DNA of 58,645 nucleotides, counting the filler, from Perkinsus olseni (taxonomy: Eukaryota): assembly GCA_013115125.1 (NCBI GenBank). It is 6 parts of 6 records of this genome, joined end to end, with 100 filler letters (N's around TTAATTAATTAA, not from the genome) between each part and the next. Parts side by side here need not be neighbours in the genome. Positions count along the whole stretch, not along the records: positions 49,017 to 58,645 come from JABANN010000911.1; 5 more parts are not named here. One strand, 5' to 3'. How positions within the stretch are numbered: position 1 is the stretch's first letter; each line of letters opens with the position of its first letter. The position numbers and the translations under genes were made by a program. The notes under the pieces were generated by a model, which saw nothing but the letters and a program-made list of their open reading frames with translations, had not been told where the DNA came from and made no database searches. This document shows positions 53,954 to 58,645 of the stretch, piece after piece.

Positions 53954-55082
53954 ATGCTTACTGAAGCATGTTCTAGGCTTTTGGATGCTGTACAAAACCC
54001 TGATACTCAGTACAGAGATTTATGTAATATGAATTGGGTATGTTATGGTAGGGGTGATGTTTCCTATTCAGGTATTCAGCAAGCACGTAAAGCCTTGCTT
54101 GTTGGCCAACATGTGTATCGTAATGGTGAGCTTGGCGCTGCTGGGTGTGGTAGTAGTCTACAATCCCTGAATGCTATACTTGATCCATCCTGGAAACTAC
54201 CTTCATCACCCACTGATGTTGCAGCAAAGCAACAACAACAACAGCAACAACAGCAGTCGCCTATCACTGCTGTTGCGGCTTCTGCTGCTACCTTTGATGA
54301 TTATACCTCTACTGCTGCAAGTAACAGTCTCCCACGCTTCGACCCAACAGCAGCACCACCCAACTTGACGCTGTCAACCACCGCAGGTAAACACTACCAC
54401 CTACTCGCTATCACTCCCATCGATGTGTTCAGATGTGTCTGATGCTAGCAAGATGAAATTGCAGCCTACGAACGCTGAGGATCATCATCGTCATGATACG
54501 TTATATGGTACGGACTTCTTCTTAGGAAGTAGAGTGGGGGGCACTCCAATGCATGTGGATGGGGGCTGTAACAGCAATCCCAAGAAGAGACAAAAGAACT
54601 ATGGTGCCCCGACTGGTGTATGGAAGAATCCTTATGGTTTCGTGAGCACGATTTATGTGAATAAACGTCGTGTCTACGGTCCATTAAGGAAGAGTGTTGA
54701 AGCTGCTACTCGTGATAGGGAGGCTCTAGTCGGCGTTAAGGATATTATAACAACTGTTGAAGACATGAGAGCCTTCGTTAGAGACATGTTGAAACCCAAT
54801 GACCATGGTGGTGTAGCTCTCAGTCGTCATGCTACTACTACTACCACTGACGTCTGTATGAACTCAATGCCTAACATTGGTGCTGCCGCTGCTGCAACCA
54901 GCACCACCACGCCAAGATCATCTAGGCCATTACCCACTTCGCCTACACGTCGTCGGAGTCGTAGCAACAAGAAACAGCAGGTTGCTACCTTATTTTCATC
55001 GTCATCATCATCATCATCGCAGTTTATGCTTCCGTCATCGGACCCCACTCATCATTCTGACGAGGTTTTCATAACCATCTAG
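53954..55082 (+). CDS. Paralogous AP2-like domain protein, divergently oriented; start may lie further upstream
   Basis: YGAPTGVWKNPYGFVSTIYVNKRRVYGPLRKSVEAATRDREAL...EDMRAFVRDMLKPNDHGGVA; polyQ tract. Confidence 0.6.
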
Positions 55083-55676
55083 AATACTACTACTATTACT
55101 ACTCCAGCGACTACTGTAGGTTGGATAACATTCCGGAGGTTATCCTTGGACGCTGGTTCGACAAGTAAGTACTACTGAAACAACTGCAAATCTTCATCAT
55201 CAATCATCATTCTTGTGGATGATGATGTGACATTGATACTCTGCTGCTGCTGCTGCTGCTGCCGTCACGATGCCAAACATCATCATCATCATCGTCCTTT
55301 GCACTATTACTACGTGCTTATTATTATTATTACTCATTGCTGTTATGATCAACGGCGCTTGTGCGCCTCAACTGACTGTAATGAGCGGCGTTGTTGTTGT
55401 TATTGTTGTTACGTGATGAGGCTGCTCTCACATGATGATATCATCATCCGTCGCGATCCCATCATACTGTCATCAAAGTTTTCCTCCCGATGATTACCTC
55501 ACCTCCTGTTGTGTTGTTATCATCATCATCACCATCAATCGTCGGTGATCGTCCAAGTGATAACTGCCGATCTGCTGTCTCATAAGGCTTGACCTTGCGG
55601 TGCCGGGTCGCACCCGCGTCACCATTAGGGGTCATTCTTCACATTGGGGTCGTTGATGCGAGGTTTGATACGGTTA

Positions 55677-58221
55677 ATGATAAGACCAGGCTCTGAAGTG
55701 AACAGGCGGAGACCATCAGCAGCAGCAACAACCGGCAGCGCAGCCGCACCTAGGGTAACACCAAGCAAAGGCCGACCTCACAGTGTGAAACCCGAGCTCA
55801 TCGATTTCCTCTACAAGAGGGATTATACCGGAGCCATTGCCCTACTGGAATTCGAGGAGGCAGTTGGAGATCGCCGGTGATGAGGGTTATGATGCTGCTC
55901 AGCAGCCCTGACGTTCATACTCATCGACAGGCCTGCCTTACCATTATGGCTGGCTCTGTGCTACTTCCACAATGGACAGTACGATAAGGCAATTGAAGTG
56001 TATGACACCGTGATACTGGTCGATGGTAGTAGTCATCAGTAAGGTCTCTATGCACCACATCCCCTCAGGTGGCGCACCAGGTGGCGAACCTCACCCCTCG
56101 ACTGCAGCTAGTGATAAGGAAGAGGAGGCCGTAAAATTGTGGAAGGCCTGTTGTCTGTAGCATCAATCGCCATACAGAAGCTGTACTACTCATCACTAGG
56201 TATGGTGCTTGTGAATACGAACAATGCTACCAACTGGCGGACAGTATTGGGGACTACGGCCACGATGACCAGGTAGCAATACAACACTTGTGCCTTATCA
56301 TCATCATCGCCACAATCATCGTGCATCCTTCATTTGCCATGATGGTCATCAGGCTTCAAGCCAATTACGTACACGGCTGTTGCTGCATGCTGCTCATAAA
56401 CTGAATGATGAAGCAGCCATGATGAAGTGGCATCAACGGCTCACTAAAGGGGACAGCAGTGCATCCTCCCCCTCCTCGACACATCACCAACAGCAGCTGA
56501 CACTAGCAGCGATACAGTACCACTCAGCCGTCATCAATAGTGATAATGATGGTTTATCAGGTACCTCAGGAATCACTACCAACAGGCCACTGATATCTAT
56601 AAGAAGCTCATTGTGGACAACCCTGACTATAAAGCATTGAATGTGTATTAGTCAACTCCCTCGCAGTAGAGATATACCATCCCCGGCCTCAGGTACCTAG
56701 CCCTCTGTTATTATAAGATGGACTTCTACGACGTTGCTGCCGAAATGCTACAACCGTAAACAACATGCTACACAGGGTACGTCTGATGGTATGATGCTCA
56801 GGTATCTAGTCGCACATCCTACCTCTGTCATAGCCAACAACCTCAAAGCCTGCTGTCATTACCAACTCTATAACGGTACTACTACTCGTTGTCGTGGGAG
56901 TACTACGCCCCTCGTTGGAAAGGTAAAGCAGCTGAGGATGTATGGAAGCCTCTGGTTGAGCACAGTGCTCAGCATGGTCCAAGAGTCTACGATCATCACG
57001 ATATACTACGACATAATAAAGTGGTTTTCCGTAATGGTGATGGAGCCCTTCAGGTAGTCAGGTGCCCTCTCTACTGTGCAGCAGACTGTGTAGCAGGTAT
57101 TACCCCAGCTATTGGATATTATACCGGAGGCAAGACTCAACCTTATCATATATCATTTACGAGCCCCGAATGGGGATCCGCAGGAAGCGTTCAACCTACT
57201 CAAGGTAATATAGATGGATACAGACGTTGTGTATTCGTCTGTGGTAGGGAGTCGAGCCGAGCCAGCCACGGGAACACATCTTGAAGGCAGTAGTACACGC
57301 TGTAGTAGGGCAGCAGCAGCAGGGCGACGGTAAGCTTCTTGCTGCTTCTTCACAACATCAATGAGACCGAGTCAGGTGCTGGTGCTAGGGAGTCACTTCA
57401 GACAGCAGAGCAGCTCTTCCATCTGGTTGGGGCTAGTAATAGTGCCCATGGCAGCAGCAGGCCCTCCACGACCGTGTGTAGGTGCATCGGAATGTGACAC
57501 GATACCTGGGCGCCAGTGCATGGCCTCGTGTCTGTACTTGAGGAAGCAATTCGAGGACGCCTTGGTCTATCTGAAGAGCATCAAGGCTTATTTCTCAGCA
57601 GATGATGATTTTAATTGGAATTATGGTATTGCTTGTGCAGCCATTGGTGACTATAAGGAAGGCCAGCAGGCTCTGCTCTCGATACACAACCCCAAGTATA
57701 GATCAGAATTCATGTGATGCAGCTGTGGTGGTGCTGCTGCAGCAGAGGGAGCACGTTGATGCTCTCAGTTACCTCTCATGGCTGTGTAGATGCCTAGTCC
57801 TGAATGGTGATCCAGTATCAGCTTGGGAGGTGTATACTCGTCAAGAGCCAACCTCGGATACCTTTAACTTACTACATATTATTGCTAATGATTGCTACAA
57901 GCAGGGGCACTTCTTCATCGCCTGCAAGGCGTTTGATGTCCTGGAGAGGCTCGACCCCGATCCAGAGTTCTGGGATGCCAAGAGAGGGTCGGCAGTAGGC
58001 GTCTTCCAGCTGGTCATAGCGGGCATGGCGCCACCAGAGCAGCTACAGGAGGTAAGGCGGCTGCTGTTGCTGAGCAGTGATGGGATGGTTATGTGAACTG
58101 CTGTCGTCAGGTGGTCGATCTTTTGCGAGGGACGAGAGAACATCAGATACCGCAAGTAGAGTACATCATCAATAGGGTCTTTAAGAAGTGGGCTGGAGAT
58201 AATGGTGTCTATCTAGAGTAG
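55677..58221 (+). CDS. TTC26: Intraflagellar transport protein 56 (TTC26/DYF-13), TPR protein, multi-exon
   Basis: [87 protein letters not shown]. Stop 58219-58221. Confidence 0.92.
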
Positions 58222-58577
58222 CCGCCGCCGCAATAGACGGCAGGTGATGATGATGGCCATTATCAGCATTCATGATCATGTTATCTCAAGGCATGGATCC
58301 CGTAGCATCAGTCTCTGATGCATTCATCGTGTTGTGGTATGAGTGCTGTAATGGGACAATCTTTGTGTTATCATTGATGTATAGGTATGTTTACTCCACC
58401 ATCACCATTATTCAACAACCCTTTCCATAAACTACCAACTACCCCTATTCATGCTCAGTCGTCCTACTCCAATGCTGGTGGGATGCTGCGGATCCACATC
58501 GAGCGGACATCAGCTATGAGCTCCGATCACACCGGTTACACAGGTACGCCAGTACCATCCACCTTGCGTCATCATCA

Positions 58578-58579
58578 TC

Positions 58580-58644
<65 letters not shown>

Positions 58645-58645
58645 C
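58578..58645 (+). repeat. (CAA)n microsatellite at window end
   Basis: More than 20 consecutive CAA units. Confidence 0.95.

Overview
Eukaryotic DNA with many short GT-AG introns, most consistent with an alveolate protist. It resembles Perkinsus (beta-alpha fused transhydrogenase, Cfr-clade radical SAM enzyme, AP2-like proteins, flagellar genes); this assignment is inference. The window is not one locus: it is six unrelated ~9.7 kb scaffolds joined by artificial 100-nt N/TTAATTAATTAA/N linkers, so gene neighbourhood only means something within a scaffold. Scaffold 1: P-loop NTPase fragment, MYND + PHD/EGLN-type prolyl hydroxylase, an intronless NRPS-like adenylation-carrier-ankyrin protein, tRNA-Cys and a UBE2H/Ubc8-like E2. 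Scaffold 2: two tandem NAD(P) transhydrogenases and a TEY-type MAPK. Scaffold 3: enoyl-CoA hydratase, RAI1/DXO-like protein, CCHC knuckle-array protein, RIB43A-like protein and a Sel1-like protein. Scaffold 4: Cfr/RlmN-like methyltransferase, 2-Cys peroxiredoxin, RPS13 and a RING-H2 E3 with CDC48-N-like repeats. Scaffold 5: two paralogous Thr-rich secreted proteins, a hairpin-dense spacer, tRNA-derived relics and GDT1/TMEM165. Scaffold 6: a decayed gag-like relic with a perfect palindrome, two divergent AP2-like genes and IFT56/TTC26. The best candidates for new biology are the predicted Gly-activating A-T-ankyrin protein and the adjacent PHD2-architecture oxygenase. Exon boundaries were read by eye and are approximate.
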